In this document: in pieces, positions 52,730 to 63,763 of the stretch
How the letters are laid out: the number at the start of each line of letters is the position of its first letter
Numbering within the stretch: the first letter of the stretch is position 1
Source: Fistulifera solaris
Lineage: Eukaryota
Reading direction: 5' to 3'
Assembly: GCA_030295235.1 (NCBI GenBank)
Contig: AP026162.1
Coordinates: 1,240,001 to 1,304,000 of the forward strand
Length of the DNA: 64,000 nucleotides
The notes under the pieces: generated by a model
Told to the model about the DNA's origin: nothing
Database searches by the model: none
What the model saw: only the letters and a program-made list of their open reading frames with translations
Position numbers and translations under genes: made by a program

Positions 52730-54424
52730 ATGATGTTGTCACGCAACTTGACTGTAGGCAGGCTTATGCTGCGCTCACAATTTTCCCGCTCCGCCTATCA
52801 TTCGTCGGCGATTGTCCAAGAAGGGGCCGAAGAAATGGCGCCCAAAGTGGACAAAGAGCGCCTCAAAATTGCGGCTCGTGATTATAACAATCGCCGGGCG
52901 GCTTATCGGAAACAAGTTAGTCAGATTCGTAAAGAATATGCCGAACAGGTGGCTCAGCAGCGAGCAGCTGATTTGGCAGAACAAGAGGCTCAACAAAAAG
53001 CAGCCACTCGTAGACGACTTGAACGACAAAGGCTCAAAAATATTCGATCCGCTCAGAATGCTTTGAGGCAAGAGGAAATGAGAAAGCAAAGAGAAAAGGA
53101 ATTTAACGAGCATCTGGTGAAGATGCAAGCCAAGCGCGATCTTCAGCATGAGCAGTATACGAAAGCTAGACAGAAATTGGTTGACGAATTGGAAAAAGTT
53201 GCTCCTCTATGGCTAACAACTCCCGAGGAAGTTGAAAATGCCTTTACATCGGAAGCAGAGCAGCTGCTATGGACATTTCCCGGTGGTATTTTAGGAGAAC
53301 CGAGTCCGAGTTTGGATGCTCATTTTTGGCAGCATGAGACGCATACATGGCAGATGAACCGCACGTACAAGTCTCGTCGGGAGGCTCTTCTTGAAAAGCT
53401 TCAAGAAATGGCTTACAATGAAGCGAATATTGATCCGACCTTCTGGACGGAGGAACGTCTCAACGAGCGAAAGCAAATGCAGGACAAAGCCCGTTTGCGC
53501 GCTATGGTCAAAATGGCAGGGGAGCGTTCCCTTCTGTGGAAGCAGCGCTTGATGATGGAAGAACTCTCCGCTACCAAAGAAGACGGTATTCCTCAACCAA
53601 TCAGAGCGCCCAGTAACCTACTCCTTCGGAACGACAGCGCAAAAGAAGCCGAAGGCTATCGTCTCTTACTTGAGAACCCAACTAAATTTTTCGTATTCGA
53701 TGAAGATAAAGATGATTACTCAAGACGTGCCGAAGACCAGGAAAACTACACAGGTCCTACTCTCGGGTCTCCGATTGGTCTGCGAGACCCTCTTCGTGAA
53801 GACTCAAATGATGGACAAGTCTTTCCTGAAGTTGTTGGGAAATTTATCAAACCGGATATGCGAACAGAGAGAGAAAAGAAACAGCAGGAGCGCGAGGAAC
53901 GTATGCTTGCTGCTGCACAAGCCGAAGCGCATTCAGGTGATTTGAGTATTGAGCTGGCCGCTGAACAGCAGGTTGCGGAAGATCTTGAACCCGATTTGGA
54001 CTATGATAACAACGAGTGGGACTCGGATGATGAAGAATGGAAGAAGGGACTTGATCCGATTATTGACCACAAGATTCTGGAAACTCCCCGTCAAAATCGT
54101 TTCAGTGAGGATGATATTGATTGGGTTCTCGCTCAACTCGATGGCAAGATCATGCACTTCGAACAACAGCTGAAACAAGACATTGAAGATATGAAACGAC
54201 GAATCAGAACCGAGCTGACAACCTCGGCACCAGACACAAGTGGGTCGATTAAAGGGTTAGAAGAATCGCTGTTGTCTCTCTCAGAGGAACAGCTAATGCT
54301 GCTATCAGATTTGGACGAGCAATACGAAGGGCTAAGTCCCGACGAATACAAAGAAAGAGTGAAAGCTATAGGGCTCCCAGAAGAACAGATCGCAAGTATT
54401 TTAGGAAGAGATCGCGATGAATAA
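52730..54424 (+). CDS. Hypothetical coiled-coil protein with a mitochondrial-like presequence
   Basis: 564-aa uninterrupted ORF; Arg/Ser-rich N-terminus without acidic residues; long E/Q/R/K helical stretches. Confidence 0.75.
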   Translation: MMLSRNLTVGRLMLRSQFSRSAYHSSAIVQEGAEEMAPKVDKERLKIAARDYNNRRAAYRKQVSQIRKEYAEQVAQQRAADLAEQEAQQKAATRRRLERQRLKNIRSAQNALRQEEMRKQREKEFNEHLVKMQAKRDLQHEQYTKARQKLVDELEKVAPLWLTTPEEVENAFTSEAEQLLWTFPGGILGEPSPSLDAHFWQHETHTWQMNRTYKSRREALLEKLQEMAYNEANIDPTFWTEERLNERKQMQDKARLRAMVKMAGERSLLWKQRLMMEELSATKEDGIPQPIRAPSNLLLRNDSAKEAEGYRLLLENPTKFFVFDEDKDDYSRRAEDQENYTGPTLGSPIGLRDPLREDSNDGQVFPEVVGKFIKPDMRTEREKKQQEREERMLAAAQAEAHSGDLSIELAAEQQVAEDLEPDLDYDNNEWDSDDEEWKKGLDPIIDHKILETPRQNRFSEDDIDWVLAQLDGKIMHFEQQLKQDIEDMKRRIRTELTTSAPDTSGSIKGLEESLLSLSEEQLMLLSDLDEQYEGLSPDEYKERVKAIGLPEEQIASILGRDRDE

Positions 54425-54787
54425 CTTTCACATGACTAAAGAATAAGTGATGAGCTCGTTTTTTACTTTATAGTTATAAATTTATGAACAGTTTGCACGG
54501 GAGCTCACTAAAACAACGATATGTTGCCTTTTCCCTGGTTTCAGCATCAATTCTTCCACGAATAACTCCAATTTGCTGAAAGGGGTAGAGTGTGGCAAGT
54601 GCCGGTATTGCAAAGCTATGGTCTAGTGTTGAAAAGGCCTAGGCCTCTCTAGCTAATTGGTGTGTCATGGTCATTCATTCGAAAACACTAGTTTCGTCGA
54701 ACGTCATACTCGGGACAAATAGTTGGATACGGGATACGGAGAATCGGACAAAGGAGACTTGATAGATCGGAGAAAGCGGCGAGGGCG

Positions 54788-57700
54788 GAAGACGATATTC
54801 TGTGGTTGTGCACCAGGCACACCGGGTCCATCCGGTACTCAAGTTCCGACTATGCGGCACTGACGAGCTTTTCGTTCTCAATGTGCGAACACCTCCGAAA
54901 AAAACTTCGCAGTCTGCGCGTCGCACGGTAAACTTTACCTTTCTACCCTCAACCCCATCGCAGAAAGCCAAATCGTCATCTCACATTTTCAGCTCATCGA
55001 CGACGACCGAAACAAAAATCACAGCAATCGACATGTAAAACAGATAAAACTCGTTTAATCATGTAAATTACCTATTAATATGTAGTTATATGTATGATGA
55101 CCTATGCATTGCCGACCTACTGGCATTTGCACTTGTATTCCGAGCTAGCAAGAGCCACCGGCAGAGCCATGAAGCCGTCGATTCCACCCTTGTCCATCCA
55201 GCAAGTTTCGATACACTTGGCATACTTTTTTGCTGAATCTCGCATTTTATTCACCCAAGTATGAGATGGCCCATCAACTGCATCTGGATTGTTACTTCCA
55301 GTGGGATTCTCGAGCTTGGCAAATTTCTTGACGAGATCAAAAACAGCTTTCGCGACATTCTAAGATTCCTGATTGATTTTTGACAGCTTGCTTCTGGCGA
55401 GCGACAGCTTGAGAAAGCTCATCCCTCTGAGAGGCGTAACTCACAGTTCCATACTGCCTTGCGCGCGACTTCGACTTTTTATTGCCGCTGTCCAACTTCC
55501 GCTTCTTGGCATTGTCACCGTCATCTCCGTCGTTGCTTTCGCCGTTATCATTCTTGTCTGCAGTGAACAAAGATCGAGTTAATGATGAAGGGTTCCGTAA
55601 GAGAGAGACGATCACGAATTTTCGTACCTATTTCCATATCTTCATGGGCATGCACGGCAGGTACACAATTTTTTTCTTATTGGCGAACATCCAGATGTTC
55701 TGCTTGACAGTGACACTCAAATCGCCGAAAAGCTGATTGAACTCCTCCTCCGCACTCAGTTGCTTCCCCTTTGCTTCCGCCGCAACGAGAATTCCGTCGA
55801 ACGTCGTGTGGCTGATAGTGATGCCGAGTTCTTTCTTGACGAAGAAATTTGCCACGTCAATGATGTTCATGTCCGTGGATGTTGTGTCGTCGTTGTTTTT
55901 GCGATGATCGACATTGGCGACCCAAATAGACTCCCATCCCGATACCCTGTTCAAGTCAGCGGAGATGCGGTTGACGACGATAATCGGCAAAAAGCGTAAG
56001 AGCGTCTTGATGGTAAACGGAGGTGTCCGTTTTAGCGTGATGGCGCGCGGACTTCAACAAGGCGACGTCTTCGATTGGCTGATTTTTCGGCGTACTTTCA
56101 AAAGAACGCACGCCGCTCTCAAGGTAACGGCTCTGAATGCCGAAAATGGCAAAGAGAAAACCAGTCTTTCTAAGTGAATGCGTTCCAACAGTCATGTGTT
56201 TATGATCGTACTCTGGCCCCAAAGAGGTCTTAATACAGTTCTGTATTATAGAACAACCGAAAAAACGGTGAGTGCGGAGTAAATAACAGCCACTTTCAGT
56301 ACAACGATTTGAATTTGAATTTTGAAACGCACCTTGAGTCTCTTAAGAAAATCGTCGTACTTTACTGGCTCTTCGAATGATCGTCTCAACTGGCTTTTAT
56401 CTTTGAAGCGCTTGCATATGACCGGAGAGCTCTTTCCATTCCGGAAACAAGTATCCTTTACGCATTCCTCCAATGCCAGCAGCGTAGATGTACGCCAACA
56501 AATGTCGAACAGGACAAAATTCCGGATGGTCATCGTCGCGATAAATACGGAGTATCGTGTACTGATTGCTATCTTTCCCCATGACTTGGAGAGTCAGAAA
56601 CAGAACGGATTCTTCGCCAGGCTCGGTCGATACAGCGAAGTGGTCTTTCGGAAAGTCCAGCAACATGATATTACAGACCTCCCTGCCGCGCAGAAACAAC
56701 TTAATGCCGAGGAGGATCATGACGTGAGAGCTGCTGATTCTTCATCGATCCAATCGGGCCTCCTTTCCTCGAGTTCAGAAGCGACGCACGCATCATCCGG
56801 ATTTGTTTCGGCGTCAATTGAAAATTCCCTTTCTTCTCGTGGTTTTTCAACAAAGTCAAATGCAAGCAGTCATATTCTTTCTTCACGTCAATATATTCAA
56901 GCGGGTTGCCTCGAGGCTTCAAAAGTGCGTTGTTGAGATGATCGGCGCACGCACAAAGGTTTCGAAAGCCCTGCGAAAAATCGATCGGAATTTCCTCGCA
57001 GCGTTCATCTTTCTTTGTGTTCAGTTCCGCACAATGCTCGCGAATGACCCTGGTATGGCCCGTTCAGAAAATCATGCTCGCTATGAACAAGTTTGAAGGC
57101 CGCCATCGACTTCTCAAGGCAAGTAGGACTGCTCCACTTTCCTGCGCCCATCATCGGCACCATCGGCTCATTCGGTCCGTAAATTTTCTGCCACATGACC
57201 TGATTACCGAGAGGATCCAAAACGTGCTTATCTTTGGCTGTAATCTTCCATTTCCAGTACAGACAAATAGTTTCGGGTTGCGCCGGAAGCGGATTGAATG
57301 CGCGATACGTGTCACTCATGATAGCTGCCGTCACGGTAGTCCTTAATTTTAATAGAGAAATGATACAACTCGCGCCACATTCGCTTGTAGTCTTTGATTG
57401 TTTCATCATTACTGTCGGTTCTGCGCATTGCTGTGCGAGTGATCGGCTTCTGCTTGGAAGTATTGAGACTATATTTGATATGCAATTTGTGGATTTCCGA
57501 GATAGCCTCGGCCTCTTCCTCGGCCGTTACGCTAATGTTGACCGCATGTCCGAGCTTTCTGGGACGGAAAGTAGCGGCAGTATTGTCCGAATTGTCGACA
57601 TTAGTAGAGACACGCATTGTTTTGCTTCTTATTTAACAATTAATACGCTAGTTTGATCATTTTCGGTCGTCCATTGTGAGATTGCGAGGGAAAAAAACCA

Positions 57701-57932
57701 AAAAAGTGGTCGGCGCGAGCTTTTTCGACGTTCGAAAAGAGGCTTGGTATGTGACAAAATGTCCTACGACATTGATTGTACTGTAACTATGAAAAAACTA
57801 GGCGATCGACCCGGTGTGCACCTGGTGTGCACCGGGCCAGGTGCACGCCCGGTGCACTTTCCCATCACGGCCCACCACCGTGTTAAATTATCCTTTGTCT
57901 ACTTCTTTTAGTTATATATACTAAGAGAAGAC
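54788..57932 (-). mobile_element. Crypton-like tyrosine-recombinase DNA transposon, copy 1
   Basis: Bounded by GAAGAC at 54788-54793 and 57927-57932 (period 3139 bp); encodes a tyrosine recombinase; no long terminal inverted repeats or LTRs. Confidence 0.85.
55117..57617 (-). CDS. Tyrosine recombinase of element copy 1 (3 exons; frameshifted as assembled)
   Basis: LFLRGRE (R), VMGK (K), FCPVRHL, GTHSLRKTG (HxxR), SARH (H), SVYHQDA (Y). Introns 56241-56332 and 55558-55627. Confidence 0.85.
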
Positions 57933-60900
57933 GATATTCTGTGGTTGTGCACCAGGCACACCGGGTCCATCCGGTACTCAAGTTCCGACTATGCGGCACT
58001 GACGAGCTTTTCGTTCTCAATGTGCGAACACCTCCGAAAAAAACTTCGCAGTCTGCGCGTCGCACGGTAAACTTTACCTTTCTACCCTCAACCCCATCGC
58101 AGAAAGCCAAATCGTCATCTCACATTTTCAGCTCATCGGCGACGACCGAAACAAAAATCACAGCAATCGACATGTAAAACAGATAAAACTCGTTTAATCA
58201 TGTAAATTACCTATTAATATGTAGTTATATGTATGATGACCTATGCATTGCCGACCTACTGGCATTTGCACTTGTATTCCGAGCTAGCAAGAGCCACCGG
58301 CAGAGCCATGAAGCCGTCGATTCCACCCTTGTCCATCCAGCAAGTTTCGATACACTTGGCATACTTTTTTGCTGAATCTCGCATTTTATTCACCCAAGTA
58401 TGAGATGGCCCATCAACTGCATCTGGATTGTTACTTCCAGTGGGATTCTCGAGCTTGGCAAATTTCTTGACGAGATCAAAAACAGCTTTCGCGACATTCT
58501 AAGATTCCTGATTGATTTTTGACAGCTTGCTTCTGGCGAGCGACAGCTTGAGAAAGCTCATCCCTCTGAGAGGCGTAACTCACAGTTCCATACTGCCTTG
58601 CGCGCGACTTCGACTTTTTATTGCCGCTGTCCAACTTCCGCTTCTTGGCATTGTCACCGTCATCTCCGTCGTTGCTTTCGGCCGTTATCATTCTTGTCTG
58701 CAGTGAACAAAGATCGAGTTAATGATGAAGGGTTCCGTAAGAGAGAGACGATCACGAATTTTCGTACCTATTTCCATATCTTCATGGGCATGCACGCGCA
58801 GGTACACAATTTTTTTTCTTATTGGCGAACATCCAGATGTTCTGCTTGACAGTGACACTCAAATCGCCGAAAAGCTGATTGAACTCCTCCTCCGCACTCA
58901 GTTGCTTCCCCTTTGCTTCCGCCGCAACGAGAATTCCGTCGAACGTCGTGTGGCTGATAGTGATGCCGAGTTCTTTCTTGACGAAGAAATTTGCCACGTC
59001 AATGATGTTCATGTCCGTGGATGTTGTGTCGTCGTTGTTTTTGCGATGATCGACATTGGCGACCCAAATAGACTCCCATCCCGATACCCTGTTCAAGTCG
59101 CGGAGATGCGGTTGACGACGATAATCGGCAAAAAGCGTAAGAGCGTCTTGATGGTAAACGGAGGTGTCCGTTTTAGCGTGATGGCGCGCGGACTTCAACA
59201 AGGCGACGTCTTCGATTGGCTGATTTTTCGGCGTACTTTCAAAAGAACGCACGCCGCTCTCAAGGTAACGGCTCTGAATGCCGAAAATGGCAAAGAGAAA
59301 ACCAGTCTTTCTAAGTGAATGCGTTCCAACAGTCATGTGTTTATGATCGTACTCTGGCCCCAAAGAGGTCTTAATACAGTTCTGTATTATAGAACAACCG
59401 AAAAAACGGTGAGTGCGGAGTAAATAACAGCCACTTTCAGTACAACGATTTGAATTTGAATTTTGAAACGCACCTTGAGTCTCTTAAGAAAATCGTCGTA
59501 CTTTACTGGCTCTTCGAATGATCGTCTCAACTGGCTTTTATCTTTGAAGCGCGCTTGCATATGACCGGAGAGCTCTTTCCATTCCGGAAACAAGTATCCT
59601 TTACGCATTCCTCCAATGCCAGCAGCGTAGATGTACGCCAACAAATGTCGAACAGGACAAAATTCCGGATGGTCATCGTCGCGATAAATACGGAGTATCG
59701 TGTACTGATTGCTATCTTTCCCCATGACTTGGAGAGTCAGAAACAGAACGGATTCTTCGCCAGGCTCGGTCGATACAGCGAAGTGGTCTTTCGGAAAGTC
59801 CAGCAACATGATATTACAGACCTCCCTGCCGCGCAGAAACAACTTAATGCCGAGGAGGATCATGACGTAGAGCTGCTGATTCTTCATCGATCCAATCGGG
59901 CCTCCTTTCCTCGAGTTCAGAAGCGACGCACGCATCATCCGGATTTGTTTCGGCGTCAATTGAAAATTCCCTTTCTTCTCGTGGTTTTTCAACAAAGTCA
60001 AATGCAAGCAGTCATATTCTTTCTTCACGTCAATATATTCAAGCGGGTTGCCTCGAGGCTTCAAAAGTGCGTTGTTGAGATGATCGGCGCACGCACAAAG
60101 GTTTCGAAAGCCCTGCGAAAAATCGATCGGAATTTCCTCGCGAGCGTTCATCTTTCTTTGTGTTCAGTTCCGCACAATGCTCGCGAATGACCCTGGTATG
60201 GCCCGTTCAGAAAATCATGCTCGCTATGAACAAGTTTGAAGGCCGCCATCGACTTCTCAAGGCAAGTAGGACTGCTCCACTTTCCTGCGCCCATCATCGG
60301 CACCATCGGCTCATTCGGTCCGTAAATTTTCTGCCACATGACCTGATTACCGAGAGGATCCAAAACGTGCTTATCTTTGGCTGTAATCTTCCATTTCCAG
60401 TACAGACAAATAGTTTCGGGTTGCGCCGGAAGCGGATTGAATGCGCGATACGTGTCACTCATGATAGCTGCCGTGCACGGTAGTCCTTAATTTTAATAGA
60501 GAAATGATACAACTCGCGCCACATTCGCTTGTAGTCTTTGATTGTTTCATCATTACTGTCGGTTCTGCGCATTGCTGTGCGAGTGATCGGCTTCTGCTTG
60601 GAAGTATTGAGACTATATTTGATATGCAATTTGTGGATTTCCGAGATAGCCTCGGCCTCTTCCTCGGCCGTTACGCTAATGTTGACCGCATGTCCGAGCT
60701 TTCTGGGACGGAAAGTAGCGGCAGTATTGTCCGAATTGTCGACATTAGTAGAGACACGCATTGTTTTGCTTCTTATTTAACAATTAATACGCTAGTTTGA
60801 TCATTTTCGGTCGTCCATTGTGAGATTGCGAGGGAAAAAAACCAAAAAAGTGGTCGGCGCGAGCTTTTTCGACGTTCGAAAAGAGGCTTGGTATGTGACA

Positions 60901-61077
60901 AAATGTCCTACGACATTGATTGTACTGTAACTATGAAAAAAACTAGGCGATCGACCCGGTGTGCACCTGGTGTGCACCGGGCCAGGTGCACGCCCGGTGC
61001 ACTTTCCCATCACGGCCCACCACCGTGTTAAATTATCCTTTGTCTACTTCTTTTAGTTATATATACTAAGAGAAGAC
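57927..61077 (-). mobile_element. Crypton-like tyrosine-recombinase DNA transposon, copy 2 (head-to-tail with copy 1)
   Basis: Bounded by GAAGAC at 57927-57932 and 61072-61077 (period 3145 bp); nearly identical to copy 1. Confidence 0.85.
58256..60761 (-). CDS. Tyrosine recombinase of element copy 2 (3 exons; frameshifted as assembled)
   Basis: Same catalytic motifs. Intron 59382-59473 joins FLKRLK to NCIKTSLGPEY in frame, so the catalytic core is uninterrupted in this copy. Confidence 0.85.
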
Positions 61078-61762
61078 AAACGACGAAGGAATGCAAAGGA
61101 CCGTGGACCGTGAACGTGAACTTCACTTCTCACATCACACTCACAATCGGAAGCACAACCGCACGGTAACCGCACAAATACAACCTCAAACCTCAACGGA
61201 TCAACGCTTCAATGCTCCGTGTTCCGTGTCAATAATGATGCTGTCCATGTTACTGTTGAAAGAGTACACAAGTTTGACGTCTCTGGAGTATTATGTACTA
61301 AGTGCTACGAGGAACTTGAAAAACGGAAAATGGAAGCTCTCTTGAATTTCCAGTGAGACATGTGTTGACGTAAAATTTTTACTGACTTCACGGCCAAAGT
61401 CTTTCGTCGACAAGATGCGCTGTGCGCTGTGACTCACAGCTTTTCACAGTCTCTTCAAGTGCTTTCACAAGGCAGGTCACACCACTCACAGCCGCAGTCA
61501 TCGTTCATCGCTCCACGCCTGACATTCGCTCGAATACTCGTACAAATTCTACACAACTTGTACGCAACAAGAACGGGACAACGTAAGTCGACGTGACCCT
61601 ACAAAGTGGCCGCGATCGAGGATCGAGGATCGAGGAGGATCACCCTTTCGCCGCACAGTGCCTTTCACAGCAAGCTTCACAACAGAAAGAGACTCGTTTC
61701 GAATCAACCACTTCCTCTCCTCACATTGATTTGCTTCGGTTACATCAATCTTTTCAGATAAC

Positions 61763-63763
61763 ATGAACAACAGAGGACAAGTCCCTACGCAGGGAGGCGA
61801 TCAGTCGGCTTTGTCGCTTCTGGTCAATGCAGCGGACGGTCACGATAACGCTCGCTTACAGAGAGAGCTCAATTCTCTTCAAGGTCGTTCTTTTGCAGAT
61901 ACTTTACGCCTTCGAGGACTTGGGGTTGACGGAGGCGGCTTAGGAATAGAAGAACAGCTTCTCATGGCGCAACAGCAGCACCAGCAGTCCCAATTCGGTA
62001 ATCAGGCTCTGCTAGCTCATCTTCGAGATCAAAACTTGCTGGCACAGCTTGGGCATTCACAGCAGCAACTGGCGTCGCTACTAGGTCTCGGCGGTGGCGG
62101 AGGAGGAGGCAATGGAAATAGTCCAGCTGGTCACGACATCCGCAGTCTCCTAGCCGCGCAGATGCGTCAGCAGCAACAACAACAGCAGATGCAGCAGCAA
62201 TTGACAAACGCCGATCTACTTGCCTTGAGTCGATCGGGCATTCCAGGCTTGTCTGGAATCCTTGGTGGAGGTGGATTGCCCGGCGGCGGTATGTCGGGTC
62301 TACCCACAGATCTGGAAGGACTCCAGCGATTGGAAGAGCTGGAACGACGCCAGCTTCTCCTAAACGCCTCCGCGCAACACGGTGGCCGTATCCCTTCTCC
62401 CATGGTGAACCCGGCCGCTCCGGAGCAAGCACGCAGTCAGCCCCAGGCTAGTCGCGCGGCACGACAACCCGAGCCTATGCTCAGGGCCGATGCCCCTGCA
62501 TCAACTGCCTTACCCGGGCGAAAGAAGGACAAAGAACCCGCTGCTGCGGAGGCTCGCGATATGGGAACGAGCGCAACCAGCAAAAGTGAAGTCGAAAAGT
62601 CTCCTGGGTCTGTGATTGTACCTTGCCGAGCCAGAGGTATGCCCATGGATCACAATTTTAAGGTACGTCATGAAGTCAGTCCGTTTTCCTTTTTAATACC
62701 CAACTCACCTTTTTTCTTGAACATAGACGGCATACTTCGTAATTCCTGAAAATGTGAAGCACGGGGAGGAACTCATTTGTTCTTACTTTGCGTGCCGCAA
62801 TGCTGGTATCAAGTTCCGCTTCTGTTCGCACTGCAAGGTCCCTGTCGCCAAGCGAAACTTTCGCAAGCGTCACAAACATGGTGGAGAAATTGTTGCCGGT
62901 GAGGATTCTGGTGACGAAGATGAGCCAAAGGAGATTACAAAAGGAATTCCTGAGCAAATTACGGCGAATCATGAAGAATTTGGTGAAGGAGATGCAGTCT
63001 CTTCTCAGAGTGCGGATTCGGATCATGCACACGACGTACCAGATGTCGGAAATAAAGCGATCGAAGATGCGAAGGGTCTTGTTCGCCTTTCAATGCGCAA
63101 TTTCGAAGAATCTAAAAACGCACAGGTTCATGACTTGGTCAAAAGGATATGCACGTCAGCCCAGAACGCAAGCGCCGCTGGTTGTCCCTTTTGACAAAAC
63201 GCCCTTTCACCAAAGATGGCGACTCCATGTCGAATTGGTTGATGGAAGTGCTTGCTGTTAGCGACCTCGAAACTCCTCTAAAACCAGGTTCTTTGGATAT
63301 AAGCACGGGTAACGTTGTCAAGGACAACGATGGCGCACCTGACGATGATGACTTTGCAAGCAGTGGAGATTCGGACGACGAATCTAGTAAGGAGGATCTC
63401 GCACCCGTCGCGGTTGAGAAGAAGCGCAGTGCTGATTTGATTACCAAAAATACTGAGCCAGTGGACGGTGAGAAACCCAAAGCGACCGGCGGTAGTTTTG
63501 CTGAATGGAAAGAAAGAAAGAAACAGAAAAAGCAGGCACTGGTAGAAAGTTCGTCGAATCAGGAAAAGGATGTAAAGCAGGATGCAGATGATTTGGGTGA
63601 AAAAGGATCGAAACCAGACGACAACGCTGTTGAAGGCGATAAGCAAGAAGAAAAATTGCCAGAAGCTCCCCAGACAGAGAAAGTGGCCGAACCGGACGAA
63701 AAAATGGAGGTAGATGTTAGCAATGAAACAGAGCCGGAGAAAGGAGAAGCAAGTGAAATTTAG
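61763..63763 (+). CDS. Gln/Gly-rich protein with a Cys/His putative zinc-binding domain
   Basis: Q-rich N-terminus; VPCRARGMPMDHNFK/TAYFVIP across intron ~62662-62726; CSYFAC...FCSHC...HKH; later RRWLSLLTKRP...WLMEVLAVSDL after an apparent frameshift near 63150. Confidence 0.75.

Noticed and set aside
54675..55038. Short ORFs at the element's left end (and at 57883-58177) as a second element gene
   Set aside because: Short, no recognisable motifs, and the minus-strand ORF runs across the element boundary into different flanks.
54788..61077. LTR or DIRS retrotransposon, or a TIR/DDE transposon with a 6-bp target-site duplication
   Set aside because: No gag, RT, RNase H or DDE motifs and no terminal inverted repeats. 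The hexamer also occurs once between the two copies, which fits a recombination crossover rather than a target-site duplication.
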